Below the pieces are notes generated by a model. That model ran no database searches. It had not been told where the DNA came from and was given only the letters and a program-made list of their open reading frames with translations. A program made the translations under genes and the position numbers. Positions 20,401-29,474 of a stretch of 64,000 bases of DNA are shown here, piece after piece. Where the stretch lies: positions 136,494 to 200,493 of the forward strand of contig JACJWU010000001.1 of NCBI GenBank assembly GCA_020636995.1. The letters are read 5' to 3'. Numbering within the stretch: the stretch's first letter is position 1; each line of letters opens with the position of its first letter. This stretch comes from Actinomycetota bacterium (GTDB lineage: Bacteria > Actinomycetota > Actinomycetes > S36-B12 > UBA10799).

Positions 20401-20961
20401 GAGGCGCAGTTGCGGGGACTGGCCGACGGGAGCATCGCAGATCTGGCCGGCTCGGAGAATGCCGATGGCCGGGTGGTGACCATCGCCGGGCTCGCCACTC
20501 AGGTCGCCCGCCGCATCACGAAGGGTGGCAAGCCGTACGCCCAGATGGCCATCGAGGATCTGACCGGCGAGATCCAGGTCATGGTCTTCCCGAAGGTCTA
20601 CGAGCAGGTGTCGCCCTACTGTCACACCGATGCCATCCTCGTGGTGAAGGGTCGACTGGACGTCAGCGAGGATTCTCCGCGGCTCATGGCCATGGAGGTC
20701 TCCGCACCGGATCTGTCCGTGGACCGGAACACCCCGTTCGTCATCACTGTGGCGGCGCAGCAGTGCACCCCGGACACGGTGGAGCGTTTGAAGTCGGTGC
20801 TGGGGGCCCATCCTGGGCCCACAGAGGTGCACCTTCAGATGTCCTCGGGGACCCGCACGACCGTGCTGCGTCTCGATGAAGGCTTCCGGGTGTCCGCGAC
20901 GTCATCGTTGGGCGCCGACCTCAAGGCGCTGCTGGGACCCAATTGCCTGCCGAACCCGTGA
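17428..20961 (+). CDS. dnaE: DNA polymerase III alpha subunit (DnaE1 type)
   Basis: 1177 aa with an N-terminal PHP domain (HLHVHTEYSMLDGA), a polymerase core and an OB-fold tail. Confidence 0.95.
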   Translation: MSDSFVHLHVHTEYSMLDGAARLDDLFTEAARLEMPAIAMTDHGNVFGAYEFYKKAQKYGVKPIIGIEGYYAPQGRHTRAPYDFGEVPGDDVGEDGVPTTKGKQAYTHMTVLAETTEGMHNLFKLSSLASIEGYYRKPRFDRELLDQFGKGLIATTGCPSGEVNMWLRAGQYDKALAAAADFRDILGAGNFYCELMDHGLDIERRHREDLLKIARTLDLPLVATNDLHYVREEDADAHDVLLCIGTRATVNDEKRFRFNGSGYFLKSPEQMRAVWSELPEACDNTLLIAERCNVEFDDSANLMPRFDVPEGETEESWLAKEVMRGLQARFAPHPVPEAHRTQADYEISVINQMGYPSYFLVVADLVRYAKENGIRVGPGRGSAAGALIAWAMGITELDPIEHGLIFERFLNPDRVSMPDIDMDFDERRRGEMIRYATQKYGADQVAQIVTYGSIKAKAAIKDSARALGLPYALSDQITKAMPDPVMGKDIPLHGIFDKAHPRYAEAADFRTLHDADPQVQQVVATARGLEGLKRQPGVHAAGVILSRAKLLDVVPLWMRDDGSIITQFDMGACEELGLLKMDFLGLRNLTVLDDCLANIERNKGESVVLEDLPLDNAEAYRLLGRGDTLGVFQLDGGPMRALLRSMKPDSFDDISAVLALYRPGPMGANAHNDYADRKNGRQPVTPIHPELADSLEDILNETYGVIVYQEQVMTIAQRVAGYSLGQADLLRRAMGKKKKEILDKEFGPFAEGMRANGYSDDAINTLWEILVPFADYAFNKAHSAGYGLVSYWTAYLKANYPTEYMAALLESVKDNKDKSAVYLAECRHMGVKVLPPDVNDSQSRFTAVDDTIRFGLSAVRNVGEAVVESIIASRTAKGRFADFPDFLDKVEASACNKRVVESLIKAGAFDSLGHTRRGVISIHEAAVDEALGKKRAEAIGQFDLFGDMADDDQDASMVLQIPVGEWDKSVLLAHEREMLGLYVSDHPLFGLEAQLRGLADGSIADLAGSENADGRVVTIAGLATQVARRITKGGKPYAQMAIEDLTGEIQVMVFPKVYEQVSPYCHTDAILVVKGRLDVSEDSPRLMAMEVSAPDLSVDRNTPFVITVAAQQCTPDTVERLKSVLGAHPGPTEVHLQMSSGTRTTVLRLDEGFRVSATSSLGADLKALLGPNCLPNP

Positions 20962-21467
20962 ACCGACTGCACCCGGTGGGTGTGATGTCCCGCTATGTGG
21001 TGCTCGGGGCGCTCCTCGGGATGCCGGTGGGGATGTTGTGGGTGTGGTGGGCGCCGCGGGTCCTGGTGTCGTCGGTGGCGAACGCGGACTTCGTGGAGGC
21101 GTACCCCCAGGGATTCGCCGTCACCGATCTGACTCTCGGGGCACTTCTGCTCGCGTCCGGGATCGTGGTGGGTGCGGTCGCGGCGCGCAGGCTTGTGCGG
21201 ACCGGATTCGTGGGCGGCTGGGTGCACGTGGTGGGGGCGATGATCGGTTCGGCGGTGACCGCCGCTGTCGCCCGTGTGCTCGGCTGGTGGTTGGCCGGTA
21301 GAGAAGTGGTGGCGCAGGCGGACGGCACCTACGCGCTGCCCATGCGGGTCGGCGCCGAGGGTGTTCTCCTATTGGGTGTGTTCTCGGCGCTGTTGGTGAT
21401 CGTGCTGGTCGTGGCCTTCGCCCGGGAGCCGGTCAACCACGGATCGGTGCCGTCCGAGCATTCGTGA
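20958..21467 (+). CDS. hypothetical membrane protein (4 predicted TM segments)
   Basis: GTG 20958 makes a GTGA overlap with the dnaE stop; ATG 20985 is an alternative start. The profile is hydrophobic and coding-like. I do not recognise the family. Confidence 0.5.
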   Translation: MNRLHPVGVMSRYVVLGALLGMPVGMLWVWWAPRVLVSSVANADFVEAYPQGFAVTDLTLGALLLASGIVVGAVAARRLVRTGFVGGWVHVVGAMIGSAVTAAVARVLGWWLAGREVVAQADGTYALPMRVGAEGVLLLGVFSALLVIVLVVAFAREPVNHGSVPSEHS

Positions 21468-21921
21468 GCGAGATCAGATCCTCCGGTCGCAGTTCGATGT
21501 CGAGACCGCGCCTGCCCCCGGACACGTAGATCGTCGAATGGTGCAGAGCTGTGTCGTCGATGATCGTCGGCAGCCTCTTGCGCTGCCCGAGTGGTGAGAT
21601 CCCGCCGAGGACGTACCCGGTCGTCTTCTCCGCGGCCTTCGGCTCGGCCATCGTCGCCCGCTTGGATCCCACCGCGGCCGCAAGGGCTTTCAGGCTCAAC
21701 TGACCGCTCACCGGCACGCAGGCGACCACCAGTTGGCCGTCCACGTCCGCCAGCAGTGTCTTGAACACCCGCTCCGGGTCCAGGCGCAGGGCTTCTGCCG
21801 CTTCGGCACCGAAGGCCGTCTCATCCGGGTCGTGTGTGTACTCGTGGACGGCGAACGCCGTTCCCGATTCCTGCAGGGCCACCAGGGCCGGGGTGGATGC
21901 ACCCTTCTTCTTCGCCGCCAC
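21433..21921 (-). CDS. ybaK: YbaK-type Cys-tRNA(Pro)/Cys-tRNA(Cys) deacylase
   Basis: 162 aa with the YbaK pattern (AFAVHEY...FKTLL...[13 protein letters not shown]...IYVSGGRRG). Confidence 0.8.
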   Translation of the reverse strand: MAAKKKGASTPALVALQESGTAFAVHEYTHDPDETAFGAEAAEALRLDPERVFKTLLADVDGQLVVACVPVSGQLSLKALAAAVGSKRATMAEPKAAEKTTGYVLGGISPLGQRKRLPTIIDDTALHHSTIYVSGGRRGLDIELRPEDLISLTNARTAPIRG

Positions 21922-21952
21922 AGGCCCGAACCTATCGGCTCGAGGCGATTCG

Positions 21953-21958
21953 TACGAT
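21953..21958 (+). promoter_or_regulatory. TANNNT -10 hexamer (TACGAT) positioned for a leaderless hisD transcript
   Basis: TACGAT is followed by exactly 6 nt and then the hisD ATG (21965). There is no Shine-Dalgarno in between. Confidence 0.4.
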
Positions 21959-21964
21959 GGTCAC

Positions 21965-23254
21965 ATGTTGCGCCGCATCGACCTGAGGACCGGTCAGGCC
22001 TTCGAGGTGCCCCGAGCCCTGCCGCAGGGCCAGGCTGCCGCCGTGTCGCACATCATCGAGGAGGTGCGGGCCGGAGGAGCCGACGCCGTGCTCGCGGCCG
22101 GCGAGCGGTTCGACGGTGTGCGCCCCCCGTCGCTTCGGGTACCGGCAGACGTCATCGCCAGGGCGGAGGAGACCCTTGACCCGCTCGTGCGTCGCGCGCT
22201 GCTCACGGCGATCGACCGCACGACCCGCGTACACAGCGATCAGCTGCCCGCCAACGGCGTCACCGAACTCGGTCCGGGGGCGGTGGTGCGCCAGACGTGG
22301 CGCCCGGTGCGCAGAGTGGGTCTGTACGTCCCCGGTGGCCGGGCGGTCTACCCGTCCAGCGTGGTGATGAACGTCGTGCCCGCACGCGTGGCGGGGGTGG
22401 GGTCCATGGCGATCGTCAGCCCGCCGCAGGTGGACCATGATGGCTGGCCGCACCCGACGATCCTCGCTGCCTGCAGCCTCTTGGGAATCGACGAGGTGTA
22501 CGCGGCCGGTGGTGCCCAGGCGATCGCGATGCTGGCCCTCGGAGTCGAGGGGTGCCCTCCCGTGAACATCATCACCGGCCCCGGCAACATCTACGTGACG
22601 GAGGCGAAACGCCTGCTGCGTGGTCACGTGGGCATCGACAGTGAGGCTGGGCCGACCGAGATCGCGATCGTCGCCGACGACACCGCCGACCCGGCGTATG
22701 TGGCTGCTGATCTGATCTCCCAGGCCGAGCACGACGTCGTGGCCGCCTCGGTGCTGATCACGGATTCCGAGGCTCTCGCCGATGCCGTGGACGCGCAGTT
22801 GGTCTTGCAGGTGGCCGCCGCCAAGCACAGCGATCGGATCCGGGAGGCGCTGACCGGCCAGCAGAGCGCCGTTGTACTGACGCGTGGCCTGACCGAGTCA
22901 TTGGCGGTGGCCGACGACTACGCGGCTGAACACCTCGAGATCCACACCCGCAACGCGGCGACGGACGCCGCCACCATCAGCAACGCCGGCGCCATCTTCG
23001 TGGGTCCCTACAGTCCGGTGTCGCTGGGTGACTACCTGGCCGGATCGAATCACGTGTTGCCCACCGCGGGTTGTGCATGTCACTCCAGCGGCCTGAACGT
23101 GACAACGTTCCTGCGCAGCGTGCAGGTCGTGGAGTACGACCGCGCCGCGCTCGACGTCCTGACCGACGAGGTCGAGGCGCTGGCACTGGCCGAGGATCTC
23201 CCGTCGCACGCCCACGCGGTCACCATCCGCCGGGATTCTGGAGACCACGGGTGA
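21965..23254 (+). CDS. hisD: histidinol dehydrogenase
   Basis: ATG 21965 (MLRRIDLR...). Contains the SQAEHD motif and begins the hisDCBH order. Confidence 0.92.
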   Translation: MLRRIDLRTGQAFEVPRALPQGQAAAVSHIIEEVRAGGADAVLAAGERFDGVRPPSLRVPADVIARAEETLDPLVRRALLTAIDRTTRVHSDQLPANGVTELGPGAVVRQTWRPVRRVGLYVPGGRAVYPSSVVMNVVPARVAGVGSMAIVSPPQVDHDGWPHPTILAACSLLGIDEVYAAGGAQAIAMLALGVEGCPPVNIITGPGNIYVTEAKRLLRGHVGIDSEAGPTEIAIVADDTADPAYVAADLISQAEHDVVAASVLITDSEALADAVDAQLVLQVAAAKHSDRIREALTGQQSAVVLTRGLTESLAVADDYAAEHLEIHTRNAATDAATISNAGAIFVGPYSPVSLGDYLAGSNHVLPTAGCACHSSGLNVTTFLRSVQVVEYDRAALDVLTDEVEALALAEDLPSHAHAVTIRRDSGDHG

Positions 23255-24339
23255 GTGATCTTCCCCTGCGGCCCGAACTTGTGGGACGTACGGCCTACGG
23301 TGCGCCGCAACTCGATGTCCCGATCGCACTGAACACCAACGAGAACCCGTATCCGCCGCCGCCGGAGATGATCTCGGAGATCGGGCGCCGCATCGAGCCC
23401 GAACTCAACCGATACCCCGATCGCGACGCCGCGCGACTGCGCGATGCCCTGGCCGGCTATCTCAGTGAGCAGACCGGGGTCGCCGTCGGCCGGGGCGAGG
23501 TCTGGGCTGCCAACGGCTCCAACGAGATCCTGCAGCAGATCCTGCAGGCCTTCGGGGGCCCGGGCCGGACGGCGCTGGGCTTCACACCCGGGTACACGAT
23601 GCACGAACTCATCAGTCACGCCACGGGCACCGGCTTCATCGAGGTTCCTCGCGACGGCCTGCTTCTGCCGACCGACCGCATCGTGGCGGCGGTGCGTGAG
23701 CACCGTCCGGACGTGCTCTTCCTGTGCAGCCCCAACAATCCCACCGGCGACTCGCTGCCACTGTCGGCCCTGGAGGCGGCTTACAACGCCGTGGCCGAGA
23801 CCGGGCGGGGGATCGTGGTGGTGGATGAGGCCTACGCGGAGTTCGCCAGTGTCCCCAGCGCGGTGTCGCTGATCGCGGGACGGCCGCGCCTGATCGTGAC
23901 CCGCACCATGAGCAAGGCGTTCGCCTTCGCGGGTGCCCGGGTGGGCTACCTGGTTGCGGACCCGGCCGTGATCGATGCCTTGCAGTTGGTGCGCCTGCCC
24001 TACCACCTGTCTGCGTTGACGCAATCCGCGGCACAGGTCGCCGTCTCGTACGCGACGCGGCTCACCGAGCAGATCCGGCGACTGTGTGACACCCGTGAGC
24101 AGTTCGTGGCGGCGGTGACGGCGCAGGGCTGGGTCTGCCCGCCGTCGGACGCCAACTTCGTGCTGATCGGTCCGTTCGTCGACCCGCCACAGGCCTGGCA
24201 GCGACTCCTCGAGGCGGGGATCCTCGTGCGCGACGTGGGTCTGGCGAGGTGGCTACGAGTGACGATCGGCACGCCGGAGCAGATGACACGCATGGCTGCC
24301 GCCATGCGAGGCCTCGAGGATCTCAGGGAGACGACATGA
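23251..24339 (+). CDS. hisC: histidinol-phosphate aminotransferase
   Basis: GTG with a GTGA overlap on hisD. Contains [11 protein letters not shown] and [10 protein letters not shown] (PLP lysine). Confidence 0.9.
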   Translation: MSDLPLRPELVGRTAYGAPQLDVPIALNTNENPYPPPPEMISEIGRRIEPELNRYPDRDAARLRDALAGYLSEQTGVAVGRGEVWAANGSNEILQQILQAFGGPGRTALGFTPGYTMHELISHATGTGFIEVPRDGLLLPTDRIVAAVREHRPDVLFLCSPNNPTGDSLPLSALEAAYNAVAETGRGIVVVDEAYAEFASVPSAVSLIAGRPRLIVTRTMSKAFAFAGARVGYLVADPAVIDALQLVRLPYHLSALTQSAAQVAVSYATRLTEQIRRLCDTREQFVAAVTAQGWVCPPSDANFVLIGPFVDPPQAWQRLLEAGILVRDVGLARWLRVTIGTPEQMTRMAAAMRGLEDLRETT

Positions 24340-24929
24340 GCCGCACCGCCCGCATCGAACGTACGACGAAGGAGAGCGACGTCCTCGTCGAGCTCGACCT
24401 CGACGGCTCCGGGCAGTCGCACATCAGTACCGGCGTCCCGTTCTTCGACCACATGCTGGATCAGGTCGCCAGGCATGGTGGTCTGGACCTCACCGTGCGA
24501 ACACGTGGTGACCTGGAGGTCGATGCCCACCACACGGTGGAGGACACGTCGCTGGCCTTCGGGCAGGCGCTGCGGGAGGCGCTCGGGGACAAGGCGGGCG
24601 TCCAGCGGTACGGCAACGCGATGATCCCGCTGGACGAGGCACTGGCGGTCTGCGTCGTCGACCTGTCCGGAAGGCCGTATCTGGTGCACGAGGAGCCCGA
24701 ACTGGTGGAACTGATCGGCACGTACGACACCACACTGACCCGGCACATCTTCGAGTCCATCGTGGCCAGCGCGAACATCACACTGCACATGCGTGTGGAG
24801 TCCGGCCGCAACGCCCACCACATCGTCGAGGCGCAGTTCAAGGCGTTCGCACGGGCTCTTCGCCAGGCCGTGTCACTCGATCCACGGGTCTCGGGCATCC
24901 CGTCCACGAAGGGAACCCTGGGTTCATGA
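24336..24929 (+). CDS. hisB: imidazoleglycerol-phosphate dehydratase
   Basis: ATG with an ATGA overlap on hisC. Shows the IGPD pattern (FFDHMLDQ..., [16 protein letters not shown]). Confidence 0.92.
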   Translation: MSRTARIERTTKESDVLVELDLDGSGQSHISTGVPFFDHMLDQVARHGGLDLTVRTRGDLEVDAHHTVEDTSLAFGQALREALGDKAGVQRYGNAMIPLDEALAVCVVDLSGRPYLVHEEPELVELIGTYDTTLTRHIFESIVASANITLHMRVESGRNAHHIVEAQFKAFARALRQAVSLDPRVSGIPSTKGTLGS

Positions 24930-25558
24930 CATCCGTGGTCGTGCTGGACTACGGCTCCGGCAACCTGAGGTCGGCCCAGCGGGCACTCGAAGCTGCCGGT
25001 GCCCAGGTGACGGTGACGGCCAGTGCGGAGCAGGCGGCCGCCGCCGATGGGCTGGTGGTCCCTGGGGTGGGCGCCTTCGAGAGTTGTATGCGGGGGCTGC
25101 GCGCGGTGGGTGGCCAGCGGATCATCGAGCGCCGACTCTCCGGCGGACGACCGGTCCTCGGCATCTGCGTCGGGATGCAGATCATGTTCGAGGCAGGCGA
25201 GGAGCACGGACTTGTGAGTCCGGGCTGCGGCCAGTGGCCAGGTCGGGTGACTGCCCTGTCCGCGCCGATCCTTCCGCACATGGGCTGGAACACCGTTGCC
25301 CCGCCGGCCGATTCGGTGCTGTTCGAGGGGGTGGCTGATGAGCGCTTCTACTTCGTCCACTCCTACGCCGCAACGTCGCTCGACCTCGCCGATGCGGGGA
25401 CCGCGGCGGTCCGGCCACCGTTGCTGACCTGGACCGAGTACGGCGATCGGTTCCTGTCCGCGGTGGAGAACGGGCCGCTCAAGGCCACCCAGTTCCACCC
25501 GGAGAAGTCAGGGGCTGCGGGGGTGCAGTTGCTGCGCAACTGGCTCGCAACGCTGTGA
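24926..25558 (+). CDS. hisH: imidazole glycerol phosphate synthase glutaminase subunit HisH
   Basis: The ATG overlaps the hisB stop. Contains the [18 protein letters not shown] (catalytic Cys) and QFHPEKS motifs. Confidence 0.92.
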   Translation: MTSVVVLDYGSGNLRSAQRALEAAGAQVTVTASAEQAAAADGLVVPGVGAFESCMRGLRAVGGQRIIERRLSGGRPVLGICVGMQIMFEAGEEHGLVSPGCGQWPGRVTALSAPILPHMGWNTVAPPADSVLFEGVADERFYFVHSYAATSLDLADAGTAAVRPPLLTWTEYGDRFLSAVENGPLKATQFHPEKSGAAGVQLLRNWLATL

Positions 25559-25609
25559 GGTCGAAACCGTGGCGACGGTCCGTTCCTGCCGCGCCGGGCG
25601 CCGACCGCT

Positions 25610-25688
25610 CATCCGTGAGCAGTTCGGAGATCCGGGAGCTGTTCGGAGCCGGTGTTCGGCTCACCAATCTCCGGAGCGCTCACGGATG
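25610..25688. repeat. 79-bp extended-hairpin element, copy 1 (termini ATCCGTGAGC ... GCTCACGGAT)
   Basis: An 11-bp perfect inverted repeat (25610-25620 / 25678-25688) plus an inner 8-bp stem (25623-25630 / 25668-25675). The same termini and spacing recur at 60730-60808. Confidence 0.65.
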
Positions 25689-25711
25689 CCTCCGCACGGC
25701 GTGAACGGGCG

Positions 25712-25737
25712 GGAATAGATTCCGACCCGCTATGGTT
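25712..25737 (+). promoter_or_regulatory. SigR/SigH-type ECF promoter (GGAAT-N18-GTT) upstream of thioredoxin
   Basis: GGAAT at 25712-25716, an exactly 18-nt spacer, and GTT at 25735-25737, 34 nt before the trx ATG. It matches the published SigR consensus; thioredoxin genes are classical regulon members. Confidence 0.6.
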
Positions 25738-25770
25738 GTCATACCCCGAGAGGGTATTAGGAGAGACTTC

Positions 25771-26133
25771 ATGGCAACCACAGACCTGACCGCTGAGAAC
25801 TTCGCCGAGACGATCGAGGGCAATGGCATCGTGCTCATCGACTGGTGGGCCGCATGGTGCGGGCCGTGCCGGATGTTCGCGCCGGTGTTCGAGAAGGCGT
25901 CCGAGGAGCACCCCGACATCGTGTTCGGAAAGATCGACACCGAGGCTGAGCAATCGCTGGCGGCCCAGGCCCAGATCTCCTCGATCCCGACCCTGATGGC
26001 CTTCCGCGACGGCATCCTGCTGTACGCGCAGCCCGGGGCGTTGCCCGAGCCGGCGCTGGCCGATCTGATCGACCAGGTGAAGAAGCTGGACATGGAGGCC
26101 GTGCGCGCCGAGGTCGCCAAGCAGCAGTCCTGA
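25771..26133 (+). CDS. trxA: thioredoxin
   Basis: WCGPC active site, ~120 aa. ATG 25771 is preceded by AGGAGAG. Confidence 0.9.
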   Translation: MATTDLTAENFAETIEGNGIVLIDWWAAWCGPCRMFAPVFEKASEEHPDIVFGKIDTEAEQSLAAQAQISSIPTLMAFRDGILLYAQPGALPEPALADLIDQVKKLDMEAVRAEVAKQQS

Positions 26134-26173
26134 CCCGCGAGCCTGCCGGGGTTGGCCGCCGGGCCTGCCTAGA

Positions 26174-26899
26174 GTGTCCTTCGTGGCAGATGTCGAGTTC
26201 CGAAGTGACGTGACGGTGGAGTTGGTGCGGGCAGCCGCGCAGGACGCGGACGTGCTGTTCGCGGCCCGGGTGTCGACCAAGGGTGAGCAATCACTTGAGG
26301 ATGTCGATTCCGACGCCGGTCGCAGTCAGGGGCTCATCAACTACCTGATGCGCGATCGACACGGTTCGCCCTTCGAGCACAACTCGATGACGTTCTTCGT
26401 CAGCGCGCCCATCTTCGTTTTCCGGGAGTTCATGCGACACCGCATGGCCTCCTACAACGAGGAGAGCGGGAGGTACCGCGAACTGCGGCCGGTGTTCTAC
26501 GTGCCTGGCCCCGAACGCAAGCTCGTGCAACAGGGCAAGCCCGGGGCGTACGAGTTCGTCGACGGCGACGCCACCCAGCACGAGGTCGTGGTGGCTCAGA
26601 CGAAAGCCGCGTGCGAACAGGCCTATGCCGCCTACCAGGCGATGCTCGACGCGGGTATCGCCCGGGAAGTCGCTCGGGGGGTCCTGCCGGTGGCGACCTA
26701 CAGCTCGATGTACGTGACCATGAACGCCCGTTCGTTGATGAACTTCCTGTCCTTGCGCACCAAGCGCCCCGATGCCTCATTCCCATCGTTCCCGCAGCGT
26801 GAGATCGAAATGGTCGCCGATCGGATGGAGCAGTACTGGGCGGACCTGATGCCCCTGACCCATGCTGCGTTCGAGACCAACGGCCGGGTCGCCCCGTAG
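26174..26899 (+). CDS. thyX: flavin-dependent thymidylate synthase ThyX
   Basis: ThyX signature RHRMASYNEESGRY (RHRxxSxxxxSxR), 241 aa. Confidence 0.92.
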   Translation: MSFVADVEFRSDVTVELVRAAAQDADVLFAARVSTKGEQSLEDVDSDAGRSQGLINYLMRDRHGSPFEHNSMTFFVSAPIFVFREFMRHRMASYNEESGRYRELRPVFYVPGPERKLVQQGKPGAYEFVDGDATQHEVVVAQTKAACEQAYAAYQAMLDAGIAREVARGVLPVATYSSMYVTMNARSLMNFLSLRTKRPDASFPSFPQREIEMVADRMEQYWADLMPLTHAAFETNGRVAP

Positions 26900-26919
26900 C
26901 GGTCGGGGGTACGGGTAGC

Positions 26920-27804
26920 GTGGAACCCATGCAGCACGCACTGGGAAACGTGATCACGGCGATGATCACACCTTTCACCGAGGACGGCGCTCTGGACATC
27001 GACGGGACCGCACGACTTGCATCACACCTCGTCGACATCGGTAACGATGGTCTTGTCGTCAACGGCACCACGGGTGAGGCGCCCACCACGACCGATCAGG
27101 AGAAGGCGCTGGCGGTGCGTGCCGTGCGTGAGGCGGTGGGCGATCGTGCCAGGGTGATTGCCGGGGTGGGAACCAATGACACCGCCCACAGCGTCGAGTT
27201 GGCCCGGCAGGCAGAAGCCGCCGGTGCGCACGGCCTGCTGGCGGTGACGCCCTACTACAACAAGCCACCGCAGGAGGGGATCCTGCAGCACTTCCGGACC
27301 GTCGCTGACGCCACCGCCCTGCCGGTCATGCTCTACGACATCCCCGGCCGGTCCGCGGCCGAGATCGCGACGTCGACCCTCATCCGGTTGGCCGAGCATC
27401 CGCGGATCGTGGCCGTCAAGGATGCCAAGGGGGATCTGGCCGCCTCGGCGAGGGTGCTGGCGGCAACCGATCTGCTCTGGTACTCCGGTGACGACGTGTT
27501 GAACCTCCCGCTGCTCTCGCTGGGCGCCACGGGGTTCGTCAGCGTGTCCGGCCATTTCGTGGCCCCGGCGCTGCGGGCCATGCGCGAGGCGTTCGTCGCC
27601 GGTGATGTGGCGACGGCGCGCAAACTGCACTTCGCCACACTGCCCACGACCGATGCCATCTTCGTGACCCAAGCAGCCATCTCGGTCAAAGGCACGCTCA
27701 ACCGGCAGGGCCTGCCGGCGGGCCCGGTCCGCAGCCCGCTGATCCCCGCCACGCCGGCACAGATCGACGGTGTGATCGCCGCATTGGAGGCCAGCAGTGG
27801 CTGA
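26920..27804 (+). CDS. dapA: 4-hydroxy-tetrahydrodipicolinate synthase
   Basis: Contains the TPF, GTTGE, Y-x-P and AVKDAKG (Schiff-base Lys) motifs. Alternative start at ATG 26929. Confidence 0.9.
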   Translation: MEPMQHALGNVITAMITPFTEDGALDIDGTARLASHLVDIGNDGLVVNGTTGEAPTTTDQEKALAVRAVREAVGDRARVIAGVGTNDTAHSVELARQAEAAGAHGLLAVTPYYNKPPQEGILQHFRTVADATALPVMLYDIPGRSAAEIATSTLIRLAEHPRIVAVKDAKGDLAASARVLAATDLLWYSGDDVLNLPLLSLGATGFVSVSGHFVAPALRAMREAFVAGDVATARKLHFATLPTTDAIFVTQAAISVKGTLNRQGLPAGPVRSPLIPATPAQIDGVIAALEASSG

Positions 27805-29464
27805 CCCGCTTCCGACCTTGGCCGCCGGTGGACTGCGGATCGTCGCGCTGGGTGGGCTCGGGGAGATCGGCCGCAACATGACCGTCTTCGAGTGTGACGG
27901 GCAACTGCTCATCGTCGACTGCGGTGTGCTCTTCCCGGAGGAGTCCCAGCCGGGGGTGGATCTGATCCTGCCGGACTTCGACTACCTGCGGGGCCGTCTC
28001 GACGACATCGTGGGCCTGGTCCTGACCCATGGCCACGAGGACCACATCGGAGCGGTGCCGTTCCTCCTGCGAGAACGTTCCGATCTGCCGATCTACGGCT
28101 CCCGGCTCACCCTGGCCCTGCTCGAGGCGAAGTTGCGCGAGCATCGGCAGAAGCCACCTCTGAACGTAGTGGCGGAGGGGGACACGCACTGGCTGGGCGC
28201 GTTCCGGGTCGGGTTCGTGGCCGTCAACCACTCCATACCGGACGCACTCGGGGTGGTCATCGACACCACGGCCGGCCGGGTGGTGCACACCGGTGATTTC
28301 AAGATGGACCAGTTGCCCCTCGACGGCCGCATCACCGACCTGCGGGCGTTCGCCCGGCTCGGCGACGAGGGTGTGGATCTGCTGCTGGTCGACTCGACGA
28401 ACGCCGAGGTGCGCGGTTTCGTCACCTCCGAGTCGGCGATCCTGCCTGCGCTGGAGCAGGTGATGGTGACCACGCCCAAGCGGGTGATCGTGGCCAGTTT
28501 CGCAAGCCACGTGCACCGCATCCAGCAGGTCATCGACGTCGCTGCCCGCAATGGGCGCAAAGTGGCGCTGGTGGGCCGGTCGATGGTGCGCAACATGAAC
28601 GTCGCCCGCGACCTCGGCTATCTGCGGGTGCCGGCGGGGATGCTCGTGAGTTCGGACCGGATCGGTGAACTGCGGGATGACGAAATCGTGCTTGTCTGTA
28701 CCGGCTCCCAGGGCGAGCCCATGGCGGTCCTGTCCCGGATCGCGGCGCACGACCACGAGATCCGGGTCGGTCCCGGGGACACCATCGTGCTGGCGTCGTC
28801 GCTGATCCCTGGCAACGAGAACGCGGTGAACCGGGTGATCAACGGGCTCACGGCGACCGGCGCACGGGTGGTGCACAAGGGCAACGCCATGGTGCATGTG
28901 TCAGGTCACGCTGCGGAGGGGGAGTTGCTATACCTGTACAACGTCGTCAAACCCGCGAACGTGATGCCTGTGCACGGTGAGATCCGGCACATGTACGCCA
29001 ACGCCCGGCTCGCCGAACTCACGGGGGTGCCGCGCGACCGGATCGTGGTCGCCCAGGATGGCACCGTGGTGGACCTCGTCGACGGAGTGGCGGCGATTGT
29101 GGGTGATGTCCCCTGCGGGTTCGTCTATGTCGATGGGGCCAGCGTCGGTGACATCACGGAGGGCAGCCTCAAGGACCGGCGCATCCTGGGTGAGGAGGGG
29201 TTCATCTCCGTCGTCGTGGTGGTGGACCACGTCGAGCGCAAGATCCTCTCCGGCCCAGAGATCCACGCTCGTGGGTTCGCGGACTCCGACGATGTCTTCG
29301 ATCCTGTGGTCCCAGAGATCGAGAAGAAGTTGCTGCTCGCGCTCGAAGACGGCGTGACCGATCAGCACGCCCTCACACAAGTGGTGCGTCGCACCCTCGG
29401 CAGGTGGGTCAATGCCCAGCACCGCAGGCGCCCGATGATCGTCCCCGTGGTGATCGAGGGCTGA
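27797..29464 (+). CDS. rnj: ribonuclease J
   Basis: 555 aa with a beta-lactamase/beta-CASP fold and the THGHEDHIGA motif, in the conserved position after dapA. Confidence 0.9.
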   Translation: MADPLPTLAAGGLRIVALGGLGEIGRNMTVFECDGQLLIVDCGVLFPEESQPGVDLILPDFDYLRGRLDDIVGLVLTHGHEDHIGAVPFLLRERSDLPIYGSRLTLALLEAKLREHRQKPPLNVVAEGDTHWLGAFRVGFVAVNHSIPDALGVVIDTTAGRVVHTGDFKMDQLPLDGRITDLRAFARLGDEGVDLLLVDSTNAEVRGFVTSESAILPALEQVMVTTPKRVIVASFASHVHRIQQVIDVAARNGRKVALVGRSMVRNMNVARDLGYLRVPAGMLVSSDRIGELRDDEIVLVCTGSQGEPMAVLSRIAAHDHEIRVGPGDTIVLASSLIPGNENAVNRVINGLTATGARVVHKGNAMVHVSGHAAEGELLYLYNVVKPANVMPVHGEIRHMYANARLAELTGVPRDRIVVAQDGTVVDLVDGVAAIVGDVPCGFVYVDGASVGDITEGSLKDRRILGEEGFISVVVVVDHVERKILSGPEIHARGFADSDDVFDPVVPEIEKKLLLALEDGVTDQHALTQVVRRTLGRWVNAQHRRRPMIVPVVIEG

Positions 29465-29474
29465 CCTCGGATCG

